Source: Abditibacterium sp.
GTDB taxonomy: Bacteria > Armatimonadota > Abditibacteriia > Abditibacteriales > Abditibacteriaceae
Reading direction: 5' to 3'
Length of the DNA stretch: 64,000 nucleotides
NCBI GenBank assembly: GCA_965199495.1
Contig: CBDASK010000003.1
Coordinates: 4,480,001-4,544,000 of the forward strand
Under the pieces are notes generated by a model. The model made no database searches. It had not been told where the DNA came from and saw nothing but the letters and a program-made list of their open reading frames with translations. Shown one piece after another: positions 50,921 through 61,014 of this stretch; the stretch's first letter is position 1; the number at the start of each line of letters is the position of its first letter. The position numbers and the translations under genes were made by a program.

Positions 50921-52039
50921 ATGCCAGTCAGTTCAATGAAAGACTTGCTCGAAGCGGGAGTTCACTTCGGGCATCACACGCGCAAGTGGAACCCCAAAAT
51001 GAAGCCGTATATCTACGGCGCGCGCAACGATATTTACATTATCGACCTCCACAAAACCCGCAAGAAACTCGAAGTCGCCTACGATAAAGTGCGCCAGATG
51101 GCCTACGAAGGCAAATCGTTCTTGTTCGTCGGCACCAAAAAGCAGGCGCAAGACGCCATCGCCGAAGCAGCCACGTCGTGCAACAGCTTTTACGTCAACC
51201 ATCGTTGGCTGGGCGGAATGCTCACCAACTGGAATACGGTGCAGTTGCGCATTGACCGCTTGAATCAAATCGACAAGATGAACGAGGACGGCACTTTGGC
51301 CAAGCTGGTCAAGAAAGAGCAGTTCCGCATCATGGAAGAGCGCGAAAAGCTCGACAACGTTTTGGGCGGCATCCGCACCATGACGAGCTTGCCCGACGTG
51401 ATTTTCATCATCGATTGCAAAAAGGAACATATCGCCATCAAAGAGGCGCACCGCCTGGAGATTCCGATTGTCGCCGTCGTTGATACCAACTGCGATCCGG
51501 AAGAAATTGATTACGTAATTCCCGGCAACGACGACGCGATTCGCGCCGTTTCGCTGATGGCCGACCAGATGGCGCAGGCGATTAACGAAGGTCGTTTGAT
51601 GGCGGAGAGCGTGCGCGAAGAGCGCGCCGGACAATTATCCGGTGCGGGCGCGGCGCACTTTGGCGGCGGACAGATCGACTATGTCGGCGCCGAGAACGTG
51701 CAGTTCTCGCCGGTTTCGACCGACGACGATGAATCTTCGTTTGAGGAAGAGATGGCGAAACCGTTAGGCGAAATGCCGCGCGACGCCAAAGGCGATACCG
51801 ACGTTGACGCTTCGGCACGCGCGACTGGCGGCATGAACGTCGGCGCGACTTCGCTGGGCGATGCCGCGATGTTCGAGCCAGCCGCGCAGACCACGACCGA
51901 CGAGAGCTTCGCCACGGGTGGCGCCACGGTTATCGACCAGCCAGTTGAGGGCAAGCCGACGCCGGACGCGGTTCCCGTTATCGAGAACGAAGGTGGCGCG
52001 GTTGACCGCGAAGTCAACAAAGCCGTCGCGAACGCGTAA
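50921..52039 (+). CDS. rpsB: 30S ribosomal protein S2 with long acidic C-terminal extension
   Basis: [33 protein letters not shown]. Confidence 0.98.
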   Translation: MPVSSMKDLLEAGVHFGHHTRKWNPKMKPYIYGARNDIYIIDLHKTRKKLEVAYDKVRQMAYEGKSFLFVGTKKQAQDAIAEAATSCNSFYVNHRWLGGMLTNWNTVQLRIDRLNQIDKMNEDGTLAKLVKKEQFRIMEEREKLDNVLGGIRTMTSLPDVIFIIDCKKEHIAIKEAHRLEIPIVAVVDTNCDPEEIDYVIPGNDDAIRAVSLMADQMAQAINEGRLMAESVREERAGQLSGAGAAHFGGGQIDYVGAENVQFSPVSTDDDESSFEEEMAKPLGEMPRDAKGDTDVDASARATGGMNVGATSLGDAAMFEPAAQTTTDESFATGGATVIDQPVEGKPTPDAVPVIENEGGAVDREVNKAVANA

Positions 52040-52063
52040 AATTTAGCAACCGCGAGTTGCTGT

Positions 52064-52222
52064 TTTCGCACGCGCTTGTCATTCTGAGCAAAGAGAGGAA
52101 CGAACGCAGTCGAAGAATCCATAACATTGTAATCTCCGCACACGTTTGTGGAATCCGTTACGTCATGGATTCTTCGACTGCGTTCGTTCCTCTCTTCGCT
52201 CAGAATGACAAAGCATGCGAAA
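52064..52222. repeat. Long palindromic element (GTCATTCTGAGC..GCTCAGAATGAC type)
   Basis: About 47-bp near-perfect arms between rpsB and tsf. Confidence 0.85.
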
Positions 52223-52252
52223 TGGAAAAATACATAGGAGCAAAGAAGTAAA

Positions 52253-53107
52253 ATGGCGACAATTTCAGCCGCACAAGTCAAAGAACTGCGCGAGCGCACC
52301 GGCCTCGCTATGATGGATTGTAAGAAAGCGCTCGTTGATACCGATGGTGACATGGAAGCCGCCGTCGAGCATCTGCGCGAAAAGAACAAAAATCTCGTAG
52401 TGAAAAAAGCGGGCCGCGAAGCCAACGAAGGCGCCATCGGCGTGTTCGTCGTCGAAGATGGGCGTTCGGGCGCGATTATCGAGGTCAACTGCGAAACCGA
52501 TTTCGTGGCGAAAAACCCCGATTTCCGCGAACTGGCTTACGATTTGGCTTATCAAGCCGCTTTGTCGGGCGACGCCGATGTCGAGACGTTTCTGAGCAAA
52601 CCGTTCATCAAAGATGAAAAAGTCACGGTTCAGGAAAAAATCACTGAATACATGGGCAAGTTGGGCGAAAACATCGTCGTTGGTCGCTTTGCGACTGTCG
52701 GCGCGCAAAACGGCGTCATCGGTTCGTATGTCCACTCGGACGCCAAAAAAGGCGCGCTCATCGTGGCCGAAGGCGCCGATAGCGACGAAGCCAAAGAAGT
52801 CGCGCGCGACGTGGCGATGCAAGCCGTTGCGTTGCGCGCGCCTTATGTGAACCGCGAAAAAGTGCCGTCCGATGTCATCGAATCGGAAAAGGCATTGTAT
52901 CGCACGCAAGCCGCCGAAGAGGGCAAACCCGAAGCGATGCAAGACAAAATCGCCGAAGGACGCCTGAACAAATATTACGGCGAGAACACGTTGGCCGAAC
53001 AGAAGTTCATCAAAGACGAGAGCGGCAAAATGTCGGTTTCGGACGTGGCGAAACAAGCGGGCGTGACGATTGACGATTTCGTAAGATACGAAGTCGGTCA
53101 AAGCTAA
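52253..53107 (+). CDS. tsf: Elongation factor Ts
   Basis: VKELRERTG..MMDCKKAL, EVNCETDFVA. Confidence 0.98.
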   Translation: MATISAAQVKELRERTGLAMMDCKKALVDTDGDMEAAVEHLREKNKNLVVKKAGREANEGAIGVFVVEDGRSGAIIEVNCETDFVAKNPDFRELAYDLAYQAALSGDADVETFLSKPFIKDEKVTVQEKITEYMGKLGENIVVGRFATVGAQNGVIGSYVHSDAKKGALIVAEGADSDEAKEVARDVAMQAVALRAPYVNREKVPSDVIESEKALYRTQAAEEGKPEAMQDKIAEGRLNKYYGENTLAEQKFIKDESGKMSVSDVAKQAGVTIDDFVRYEVGQS

Positions 53108-53123
53108 GGCTAACGACATTCCA

Positions 53124-53165
53124 TTAAAAAGAGCGAAGTTGCGATGCAACTTCGCTCTTTTTAAT
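53124..53165. terminator. Terminator after tsf
   Basis: ttaaaaagagcgaagttgc-gat-gcaacttcgctctttttaa. Confidence 0.88.
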
Positions 53166-53208
53166 CGGGACTTATGCAATCTTCTGCATTTAGATGTATA
53201 ATTTCTAT

Positions 53209-53290
53209 TGGAAATGGCCCGCTCTCCGAACTGTGACCTTCATGGATCGCGTGACTCGCAAGAGTATAGGAAGCGGGCCGAACTCATTTT
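53209..53290 (+). ncRNA. Candidate structured RNA next to the DUF3800 gene
   Basis: Three-way junction with GCAA tetraloop; TATAAT at 53197-53202; ends approximate. Confidence 0.6.
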
Positions 53291-53297
53291 AATCCCT

Positions 53298-53940
53298 TTA
53301 TTCTGGCCATCGGCGTATCCATATCTGACGGTGTTTGATAATCTGATGAAACTCGGTCGCGTTCTTTTTCGTTTTCATCTCAGCACGCGCGACGGCACCA
53401 CAGACCATATCTGCTAATTGAATCAGATTGTTGCTACTTGAACGTTGTGCAGCAACATCCTTAATAATTTTATGAGGCGAACTTGGGTCATTAAGACGCT
53501 TTTTCAAGTAGCTCGTTAACTCTACGCGAAATTCTCGGCCACCGCAAAGATCCATTTTAACACTCGCATTGTCGAGATGGGGCTTGGCTGCTTCAAAGAT
53601 TAATCCACAAACCCAGCGATAGAACGCTTCAGAACGCTTCTTTGGATTTAAAATCTATTTCGCGCAATTGAGTTTTGTCAATCACAAACGAGAAGTAGAA
53701 AAAGTTAAAAGGCGCGACCGCCTCCAAAAAAGCCCGACGAATCGCGTGGCTGTTCTCCTTGAAGTGAAATTCAAAATCGTCGCCTTTGTGCAGTTCGCGC
53801 CGTAAAAGCGCGATGCGTTTATCAGTCGCCTGAGCTTCATCGTGGTCTTCAAAAACGACCATCGCCACCGTTAGTATAGGACTGGAACCGGCGCCGATTT
53901 TGAAACCATTATCGCCCGATTCATCGAAAAATACCAGCAT
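53298..53940 (-). pseudogene. DUF3800-family gene interrupted by a 10-bp tandem duplication
   Basis: FFDESGD N-terminus, EFHF, IQLADM C-terminus; agaacgcttc x2 at 53621-53640 creates TGA; removing one copy joins both ORFs (633 nt). Confidence 0.85.
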
Positions 53941-53955
53941 CGTACTTTGATCTCG

Positions 53956-54600
53956 TTAATTCACGTCTTCTTTTCGCCCCAGAAGATATTTGGCGGCGTG
54001 TTTGAAAACAGCTTCGATTTGCTCACTCGAAGCATTCTCAGAAAGAGTTAAGTTCAACTGAACCGAGACTTGTCCCTGTCCTGAACCACTTCTTTCATCG
54101 GGCGGCGAAAGCCGTTGAGTGCCCCGATCTAAACGATCGGTTGGGGGACGATTAGCAGCCACGTCCTCAACCGAAACCGGCTCGGCTTCAAAATCTGAGA
54201 GGGAACAGAGCATTTTAAAAACGCTAACCATTGCACCAACCATTCTCATAGCAGCGTCGGTGTGCGCGCCGATATAATTTTGGATTTCTTTGTCTGACCT
54301 ATTGGGAGCGTCCGGGTAAGCGTCGAACAAACCGGAGTAAGCCTCACGAATAATTTGAGCCATAGAAGCTCCGTATTTTTCTTGGTCGCGTAAAGCGCGC
54401 CACTTCTCTGTGGGTATTCCCGCATCGTCAATCAAACCCAAGAATTTTAAAGTAGGGATAATAGTGCGGTCATTAGTGCTTTTGAGACCACGCTCTTCCA
54501 AAGTCTTGACAATGAGCTTATCAGGAGTTTTTATCGTCGGAATGTCTTTGAGAAATTGCTGCATCCGACCAACGGACAACGAGTAGGGAAATTCAGCCAT
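53956..54600 (-). CDS. DUF5343-like protein
   Basis: PY..TPDK..LKSTNDR.IIP.LKFLG.ID..G.PT..AY..LF; C-terminal VQLNLTL. Confidence 0.75.
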   Translation of the reverse strand: MAEFPYSLSVGRMQQFLKDIPTIKTPDKLIVKTLEERGLKSTNDRTIIPTLKFLGLIDDAGIPTEKWRALRDQEKYGASMAQIIREAYSGLFDAYPDAPNRSDKEIQNYIGAHTDAAMRMVGAMVSVFKMLCSLSDFEAEPVSVEDVAANRPPTDRLDRGTQRLSPPDERSGSGQGQVSVQLNLTLSENASSEQIEAVFKHAAKYLLGRKEDVN

Positions 54601-54756
54601 GTTAAATTTGATTGATTACCAATCAACCTCAAAGGACATTATAAAGCACGACATAATGATTGTCAATGATTTTAACCATATTTTTCAGAGTTTTTATTTT
54701 AGCTCTAAACTCTGAAATTGCCAGAAAAAGTATATTAACAGGCATTCGCTTTAATT

Positions 54757-55404
54757 ATGATTCAACTCATCGTCGCCCGCTACAACGAAGATTTAGCGTG
54801 GCTCAACAACATTCCGCCGCAAATTACGCCGCGCGTTTACGATAAATCGCCTAACGGCAATTTGCCAAACGTCGGGCGCGAGGCGCACACTTATCTGCAT
54901 CACATCTGCGAAAATTACGATAACCTCGCCGATTTTACCATTTTCGCGCAGGGCAAACCGTTCGATCACGCGTTCGATTTTCATAAAACTCTACGCGCCC
55001 TAACAGCAGCCACGCCGGACAAGTCGGGGTTTCGTTGGCTCGGCCACATTATCGATACCGACGACGAAAATGGCGCGCGTTTGTTTGCGACGTGGAGCAA
55101 AAGTAAGGGCGACGAACGTTTGGACATGAACGGATTTCATCGCGCGCTATTTGGCATTGATGGGCCAGCGACTTACACCTTTGTGTTGGGCGCGCAATTC
55201 ATCGCGTCGCGCGATTTGATTCGGTTGCGTTCGCTCGCGTTTTGGCGAAATGCGCTGCAAATTTCGATTGATTTCCCCGATGCGGCTCATTGTTTCGAGC
55301 GCAATTGGGATCGCGTCTTCGGCGTGGCTGGTATTAATCGAGATTGGCTCGATGGGCGCGAAACGGTTTATCTCAAGCCAATTCGGCGTTTAGAAAACAC
55401 CTAA
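54757..55404 (+). CDS. DUF3431-like protein
   Basis: VARYNEDL.W, LPNVGREAHTYLHHI..NYD, GAQF, FER.W. Confidence 0.8.
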   Translation: MIQLIVARYNEDLAWLNNIPPQITPRVYDKSPNGNLPNVGREAHTYLHHICENYDNLADFTIFAQGKPFDHAFDFHKTLRALTAATPDKSGFRWLGHIIDTDDENGARLFATWSKSKGDERLDMNGFHRALFGIDGPATYTFVLGAQFIASRDLIRLRSLAFWRNALQISIDFPDAAHCFERNWDRVFGVAGINRDWLDGRETVYLKPIRRLENT

Positions 55405-55435
55405 ATTTAGAAGAGATTAAGACGAAATATCGCTC

Positions 55436-55831
55436 CTATAGCCGCCCCAAAGCGCGTCGCAGACGCCGCCATAATGAAACGCGTGGCGGCGCGGGCGGCG
55501 GAATAAAAACGGCATTTTCACGCATGCGATTCGGCTCCCATTTTTCGCGCAAACCTCGCACGATTTGACGCGCGATGATCGGCCAGTCCTTCTCCTCGAC
55601 GCCGGGATAATAGTGCCAATGATGATTGCGCGCATCAATCCATTGATCCCAAAAGTTGTAGGCGATGCCCAAACGGTGCGCGCCAATTTCGTCTCGTTTT
55701 TCGTCCAGCCTCCAATCGGGAGCATCGTCAAAACCTCCGCCAATTTCGTTGAAACGTCCCGCTTCGTGCGCGGCGATGTCGCGCTCTAAATGGCGCGCAA
55801 AATAATTGGCGGTATAATCGTAATGGGACAC
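55436..55831 (-). CDS. Hypothetical protein
   Basis: 131-aa ORF with GTG start filling the gap. Confidence 0.55.
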   Translation of the reverse strand: MSHYDYTANYFARHLERDIAAHEAGRFNEIGGGFDDAPDWRLDEKRDEIGAHRLGIAYNFWDQWIDARNHHWHYYPGVEEKDWPIIARQIVRGLREKWEPNRMRENAVFIPPPAPPRVSLWRRLRRALGRL

Positions 55832-55860
55832 GACTTTATTTTATTAAACTTTAGTTTTAT

Positions 55861-57306
55861 TTGATGCCGTTTCCCCTGCCCGACAATTCGCGCTCGTTGC
55901 CGATTCCCGATGAACTTCGCGAAACCCTGGCGCCCGCCCGCGTCGCGCTATTCGAGTGGACGGATTATTTCTTTCACTGGCACCATGCCGACGCGCTCGA
56001 TGTGGACGGGCGCCGCATCGAACCGATTGCGCCGGGCGTGTTTCGCGTGCGTTGGGAAAACGCCTTGGGGCTGGCGAGTTTGACGCCGCTTCTGCAAAAT
56101 GAGCCGTTGGAAGCGCCGTTGTGGGTCGAAGTTTTGTCGCCCAAATTTCCGACGCCCGCCCAACACGTCGCGTTTTTGCGCGGATTGTTGGAGCGATTGT
56201 TCGCGTTATGGCCACATCTGATCTGGCACGCGACAGCAGCCACGGCGCGCGGGACGCGGGAATCAACGCGCCCAATGTCGGCGCCCGAAACGCTCGATTG
56301 GGCATTACGTGTAGGTGACGAATTAACGCGAACATTAGCGGCGATTGCCCGCCAACCCACACGCGATTGGGTTGAGCATCACGCAGATTTTTCGCCCGCG
56401 CAGGTCAGCGAATTGAACGCGTCGCAACTTTCGGTTTTAGCGAGCGAAGGCGCGCGCTGGCAACGCGTCTCGCGCGGTGCAATCGTCGGCGCAATGGCAC
56501 CGGCGCGCGTGCCGCAAACGCGTAAAAATCAGAGTTTCGATAACGCCGATAATCGCGGCGCCCTCACATTTGTCCAAGCGCTCGAACGCGCTTTAACTGA
56601 AACGAAACAAACGCAATGGTGGCGCGCGCTAAATCCCAATCAGCGCGCGCGCCTTGATGAATTATCGCGCGAATTGAACGGTTTTCGCGCCCATTTTCCG
56701 CAACCCATCGGCGCGATGCGGGCGCCGTGGCTGCTGCGCGCGGCGACTTATCGGGCGCTGTGGCAAATCGAACAAAGTTGGCGCGGCGCGGGCGCGCCAG
56801 TCTGGGAAAACGCCGCGCGATTGGCGCGCGTGCGAGACATCGCGACGTTGTGGGAACTGCACGTTTTCTTCGATTTGGTTACACGCATCGAACGCGTGTT
56901 TGCGCAACAGGCGCGCTTAGAAGCCAATTGGGACGAACAGCGCGGATTGTTAGCGCCCTCGCGCGCGTGTTTTGGCGATTACACGCTGACTTTCAACGGC
57001 CCAGCGCCCTCGTATTCGACGCCTTTGCGGCCCGATTATCTGTGGTCGCGCGGTGACAAAGCCATCGCCGCGTTCGACGCCAAGTTTCGCTTTGACGCCA
57101 TCGGCGGAACCGGGCGCGGCGCCGATTTGCACAAAATGCACGCTTACCGCGACGCGCTAAACGTGAGCGCGGCCATCGCGATACATCCCGGCGCGCAGAC
57201 GACGTTTTTCGACCGCGAACGCGGCCCAATTGTGCGCGTGCCGTTGCGCGCGATTCTCGAAAGTCAGGCGGCGGGCGTGGGATTATGGGGATGGGCTACG
57301 AATTAA
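55861..57306 (+). CDS. McrC-like DUF2357/PD-(D/E)xK nuclease
   Basis: D..DNR, DIATLWE, LRPDY, FDAKFR, DLHKMHAYRDAL. Confidence 0.82.
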   Translation: MMPFPLPDNSRSLPIPDELRETLAPARVALFEWTDYFFHWHHADALDVDGRRIEPIAPGVFRVRWENALGLASLTPLLQNEPLEAPLWVEVLSPKFPTPAQHVAFLRGLLERLFALWPHLIWHATAATARGTRESTRPMSAPETLDWALRVGDELTRTLAAIARQPTRDWVEHHADFSPAQVSELNASQLSVLASEGARWQRVSRGAIVGAMAPARVPQTRKNQSFDNADNRGALTFVQALERALTETKQTQWWRALNPNQRARLDELSRELNGFRAHFPQPIGAMRAPWLLRAATYRALWQIEQSWRGAGAPVWENAARLARVRDIATLWELHVFFDLVTRIERVFAQQARLEANWDEQRGLLAPSRACFGDYTLTFNGPAPSYSTPLRPDYLWSRGDKAIAAFDAKFRFDAIGGTGRGADLHKMHAYRDALNVSAAIAIHPGAQTTFFDRERGPIVRVPLRAILESQAAGVGLWGWATN

Positions 57307-57383
57307 TTCGTGCCTCGAATTGACTCAGACCGACGCAATTCAAAATACACTCAAGAGCGCGCTTCTTTGCGCGTGACTTTCTC

Positions 57384-59228
57384 TTGCCTTCTCCCAAAAC
57401 TCCTTTCGACCGCAACGACGCCGATAGCGCGCGGGCCGTCGCGCGCAAACTGATTCCCGACCCGAAGGCGCGCCGTCGCGCGCTCGAATTTTTGCGCGAT
57501 GGCATCGCGCGCGCGCACGCCATTGACGCGGCCAGTTGGGGCGTGACATTGGCGCCCAGTCGCATTCGTTTCAACGTGGGGCGCGGCAGTCGTCTGACAA
57601 TTGCGCCCGATGCGCTCGAATGGAAAGGTCACGAAAGCGCGAAAATCGAAACCGAAAGCGATGTCAAAATGCCCGACGATTGGCTCAACGCGTTAGAAAT
57701 CGAGGCGAGCGAATTCGAGGGCGCTTGGTTTTCCAATCCGGCGTGGCGCCAGGCGCATTCGCCGGGCGTTTTGAAACTGCTGGAAGAAGAGTTCGGCCAG
57801 CCGATGCCCACGCCCGATTACGCGCCACAAAATGTGGAGTCCGACGAAAACTCAGATTGGAAAGCGACGCTGCAAAACGTGATTGTAAGCGCCGATTTGC
57901 GGCTCGATGCGAATTACTTGGCGACGTTTTTCACCGCGCTCCAACTCAAAGGTTTCGCGGTTTTGAGCGGCCTGAGCGGGACGGGAAAAACGCGCTTGGC
58001 GACGAGTTTCGCGGCGCTATTGCCGCAACCGGGCGCGAGCGAAACGCAGGCGCACTTGGACGAAAATTTCGCCGTCAACGGGCGTTTGCATCTGCCCGCG
58101 CCCGCCGCGCGTTTGCTGAGCGGCGCGCGCGCGACTGTCACCTGCGAAGGCGCGGCGCATCCGGCGAAAATCGAAAAAAATTCTCTCGTTCTGCGCGGCG
58201 CTGGGCGCAAATGCGCCCTGAAATTGTTTGGAGAAGGCGCGCCCATCGGCGTCGAAAGCGAGTGGGACGACGCGGGCTACGCCAATTTCCGCTTGTTGCC
58301 GCTCGCGCCCAATGAAACGCCGAGCAATCATTTGTTCGTGCCGGTGCGGCCCGATTGGAGCGACGGCAAAGCGCTGTTAGGCTACTTCAACCCGCTGTTG
58401 TCGCGCTACGAATGGACGCCATTTCTCCGATTTCTGCTGCGCGCCGACGCCGGTTTTCGCGCCAACGACGGCATCGCTTATTTCGTGATTTTGGACGAGA
58501 TGAACTTGGCGCGCGCCGAACATTATTTCGCCGATTTGCTCTCGATTACAGAAAGCGGGCGCGATCAAATGGGCCGCACGCGCGAGCCGCTACGCTTCGA
58601 GTTCGACGCGCGCGCGAGTGGCGATTTGCCGCCGCGCGAATTGCGGTTGCCGCCCAATTTATATTTCGTCGGCACGCTCAACGCCGACGAAACGACTTAC
58701 GCGCTGTCGCCGAAAGTTTTGGATCGCGCGTGGATGCTGCAAGCGCCGCCCGTTGATTTTTGCGATTACCCGCCCAACATCGCCGCGCCCGCTGATGCAG
58801 CCACGGCGCCCGTGGCTGCATTGGCGCGCGTCGAGTTAAATCGCGTTTTCACACGCGACGGCCAGTTCGCGCGCGAAGATAAATCGTTAGTCGCGCGCGA
58901 ATTGGAAGCGCAACCCAAATGGCGCGACGATTTGCAAATTTTGAACGAACAATTGCAAGCGCACGACGCCGGTTTCGGCTATCGCGTCTTCGACGAAATC
59001 GTCGCGTTTTGCGCGTTATCGCGCCAGAGCGGCGCGTTTGAATCGGTCGAAATCGCCTTCGATTGCGCCGTGTGCGCCAAAATCCTTCCGCGATTAAGCG
59101 GCGCGCGCAATTCAGTTGAAGCGCCGCTGCAAATTATCGCGAGTTGGGCCAGTGAACGCGATTTGCGTCAAACGGTGGAGGCGGCAAATCGGCAAATCGC
59201 GAAGTTGGAGCGCGTGGGTTGGTTATAA
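57384..59228 (+). CDS. McrB-like AAA+ NTPase
   Basis: SGLSGTGKT, VPVRPDWSD, LDEMNLARAEHYFAD, GTLNADET..SPKVLDRA, KILPRL. Confidence 0.88.
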   Translation: MPSPKTPFDRNDADSARAVARKLIPDPKARRRALEFLRDGIARAHAIDAASWGVTLAPSRIRFNVGRGSRLTIAPDALEWKGHESAKIETESDVKMPDDWLNALEIEASEFEGAWFSNPAWRQAHSPGVLKLLEEEFGQPMPTPDYAPQNVESDENSDWKATLQNVIVSADLRLDANYLATFFTALQLKGFAVLSGLSGTGKTRLATSFAALLPQPGASETQAHLDENFAVNGRLHLPAPAARLLSGARATVTCEGAAHPAKIEKNSLVLRGAGRKCALKLFGEGAPIGVESEWDDAGYANFRLLPLAPNETPSNHLFVPVRPDWSDGKALLGYFNPLLSRYEWTPFLRFLLRADAGFRANDGIAYFVILDEMNLARAEHYFADLLSITESGRDQMGRTREPLRFEFDARASGDLPPRELRLPPNLYFVGTLNADETTYALSPKVLDRAWMLQAPPVDFCDYPPNIAAPADAATAPVAALARVELNRVFTRDGQFAREDKSLVARELEAQPKWRDDLQILNEQLQAHDAGFGYRVFDEIVAFCALSRQSGAFESVEIAFDCAVCAKILPRLSGARNSVEAPLQIIASWASERDLRQTVEAANRQIAKLERVGWL

Positions 59229-59249
59229 TTTGGGTTAAATATCAGACCA

Positions 59250-59684
59250 ATGTTCGAGAATTTGATTACCGTTAGCGAAACGCCCGCTTGGTATAACTAC
59301 AAATATCTGGCGCGTCTTATCGCGCGTAACGAGCGCAAGAGTTATTATCTGAGTTGCTGGCGTTTATTATCCGATCAGCGCCGCCAAGACCGCGAACAAT
59401 TGGAAGATCATCAGGCACTCAACTGGAAATGCGAAGTGGAAAAAGCGCAAGCCGAAGAGTGGCTGAATTTGTTGCGTTATCAAAGCATTATTGTTGCGCC
59501 CTCGCCGCCCAGTGAGCAAGAGCGCGACGGCAGTATTTTTAGTTTCGCGTGGGAAGAACGCAATCAGCGATTACAATTGAATTGGCACAACGATACTCCC
59601 GTTGGATGGGAAGTTGCGGGAGTAGTGACTCAATTGATGCTCGAAATCGCCGAAGCGCACGCGCCCGATGAAGCAAAAATCTAA
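59250..59684 (+). CDS. Hypothetical protein
   Basis: 144-aa ORF co-oriented with neighbours. Confidence 0.55.
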   Translation: MFENLITVSETPAWYNYKYLARLIARNERKSYYLSCWRLLSDQRRQDREQLEDHQALNWKCEVEKAQAEEWLNLLRYQSIIVAPSPPSEQERDGSIFSFAWEERNQRLQLNWHNDTPVGWEVAGVVTQLMLEIAEAHAPDEAKI

Positions 59685-59697
59685 GACTCCGCTAATT

Positions 59698-60033
59698 ATG
59701 CCAAAACCCCAATGGGCGCAATTCGCCTTTGATGAATTGCACGCGGGGCGCGATGTTCAAGTCAGGCCGCGCGGACATTCGATGACTGGGCGGATTAATG
59801 ATAGCGACTTGGTGACAATTGCGCCGTGTCGCGCGCAAAATTTGGAGGCGGGCGATATTGTGCTGGCGCGAGTGCGAGGGCGAAGATTTTCGCATTTGGT
59901 GTTGCATCTAATTCACGAGCGAGAAGAAAATAAGTTTTTGATTGGCAGCAACCACGGCAGGTTGGATGGCTGGATTGGAATTGACGATATTTTCGGTAAT
60001 GTCAGCGCCATTGAAGAACAGAGCGACGAATAA
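59698..60033 (+). CDS. S24/S26-like peptidase domain protein
   Basis: RGHSM, GDIVL, LHLI; alternative start 59668. Confidence 0.7.
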   Translation: MPKPQWAQFAFDELHAGRDVQVRPRGHSMTGRINDSDLVTIAPCRAQNLEAGDIVLARVRGRRFSHLVLHLIHEREENKFLIGSNHGRLDGWIGIDDIFGNVSAIEEQSDE

Positions 60034-60080
60034 TTTTTCGTCTTGTCACCCGCGCCTCAACTCTTACACTGTTGGGCGCT

Positions 60081-61007
60081 ATGGCAATTACTTCTGAAAT
60101 TGTGTCGTTTGGCGGGTGGGAAAACAATCTCGCGCTTTCCAACGATTATTGTGAGCTTCTTATTACTCTCGATGTTGGGCCGCGCGTGCTGTCGTTCGCG
60201 ATTAACGGCAAGCCCAATGTGTTCAAGGTTTTCAAAAACCAGACCGGCACGACCGGCGAAGATTTATGGATGAGTCGGGGCGGCCACCGTTTGTGGCTGG
60301 CGCCCGAATCGTATCCTTATTCGTATTATCCCGATAACGAGGCGGTGGATTATACGTTGCATCCCAACGGCGGCGTCACACTGATCGCGACCGATGAAAT
60401 GCCGCAGGGTTTTAGCAAGCAGATGGACATCAACCTCGCTCCCGACGCGGCGCGCGTGCGCATCGTGCATCGCCTCATCAACGTTGTGAATGAAGAACAG
60501 GAAGTCGCGGCGTGGGCCTTGTCGGTGATGGCGCCGGGCGGCGTGGCTGTGTTACCGCAGCCACGTCCGCACGCACATCCCGGCGGCGGGCCGGGCGATT
60601 TCGCGCCCAATCGCCAGCTCATCGCGTGGCCATTCACCGATTTATCCGACTCGCGCTTTCATCTGGGTAAAAATTATTGGACGGTCGCGCACGATGCCAA
60701 AAAGGGTGCCACCAAAATCGGCCTCAATTATCCGATGCCGTGGGCCGGTTATCACAACGGCGATACGCTGTTCGTCAAGCGTTTTGAATACGACAAAAAC
60801 GCCAGTTATCCCGACAAAGGCAGCAACGTCGAAATTTTCGCCAACGAAGATATTTTGGAACTCGAAACGCTTGGCCCCATGACCACGCTCAAGCCGGGCG
60901 GAGTGTTGGAATGGATTGAAGAATGGGAATTGTTTGGCAACGTGCCGCAATTTAATCCGACCAACGAAGCAGCCATTGGCGACGCGTTGAAGGGATTGGA
61001 TTTGTAG
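60081..61007 (+). CDS. Hypothetical protein, probable galactose-mutarotase-like fold
   Basis: LDVGPRV, GGHRLW.APE, YPD.G, ELETLGP. Confidence 0.7.
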   Translation: MAITSEIVSFGGWENNLALSNDYCELLITLDVGPRVLSFAINGKPNVFKVFKNQTGTTGEDLWMSRGGHRLWLAPESYPYSYYPDNEAVDYTLHPNGGVTLIATDEMPQGFSKQMDINLAPDAARVRIVHRLINVVNEEQEVAAWALSVMAPGGVAVLPQPRPHAHPGGGPGDFAPNRQLIAWPFTDLSDSRFHLGKNYWTVAHDAKKGATKIGLNYPMPWAGYHNGDTLFVKRFEYDKNASYPDKGSNVEIFANEDILELETLGPMTTLKPGGVLEWIEEWELFGNVPQFNPTNEAAIGDALKGLDL

Positions 61008-61014
61008 AAATTCA

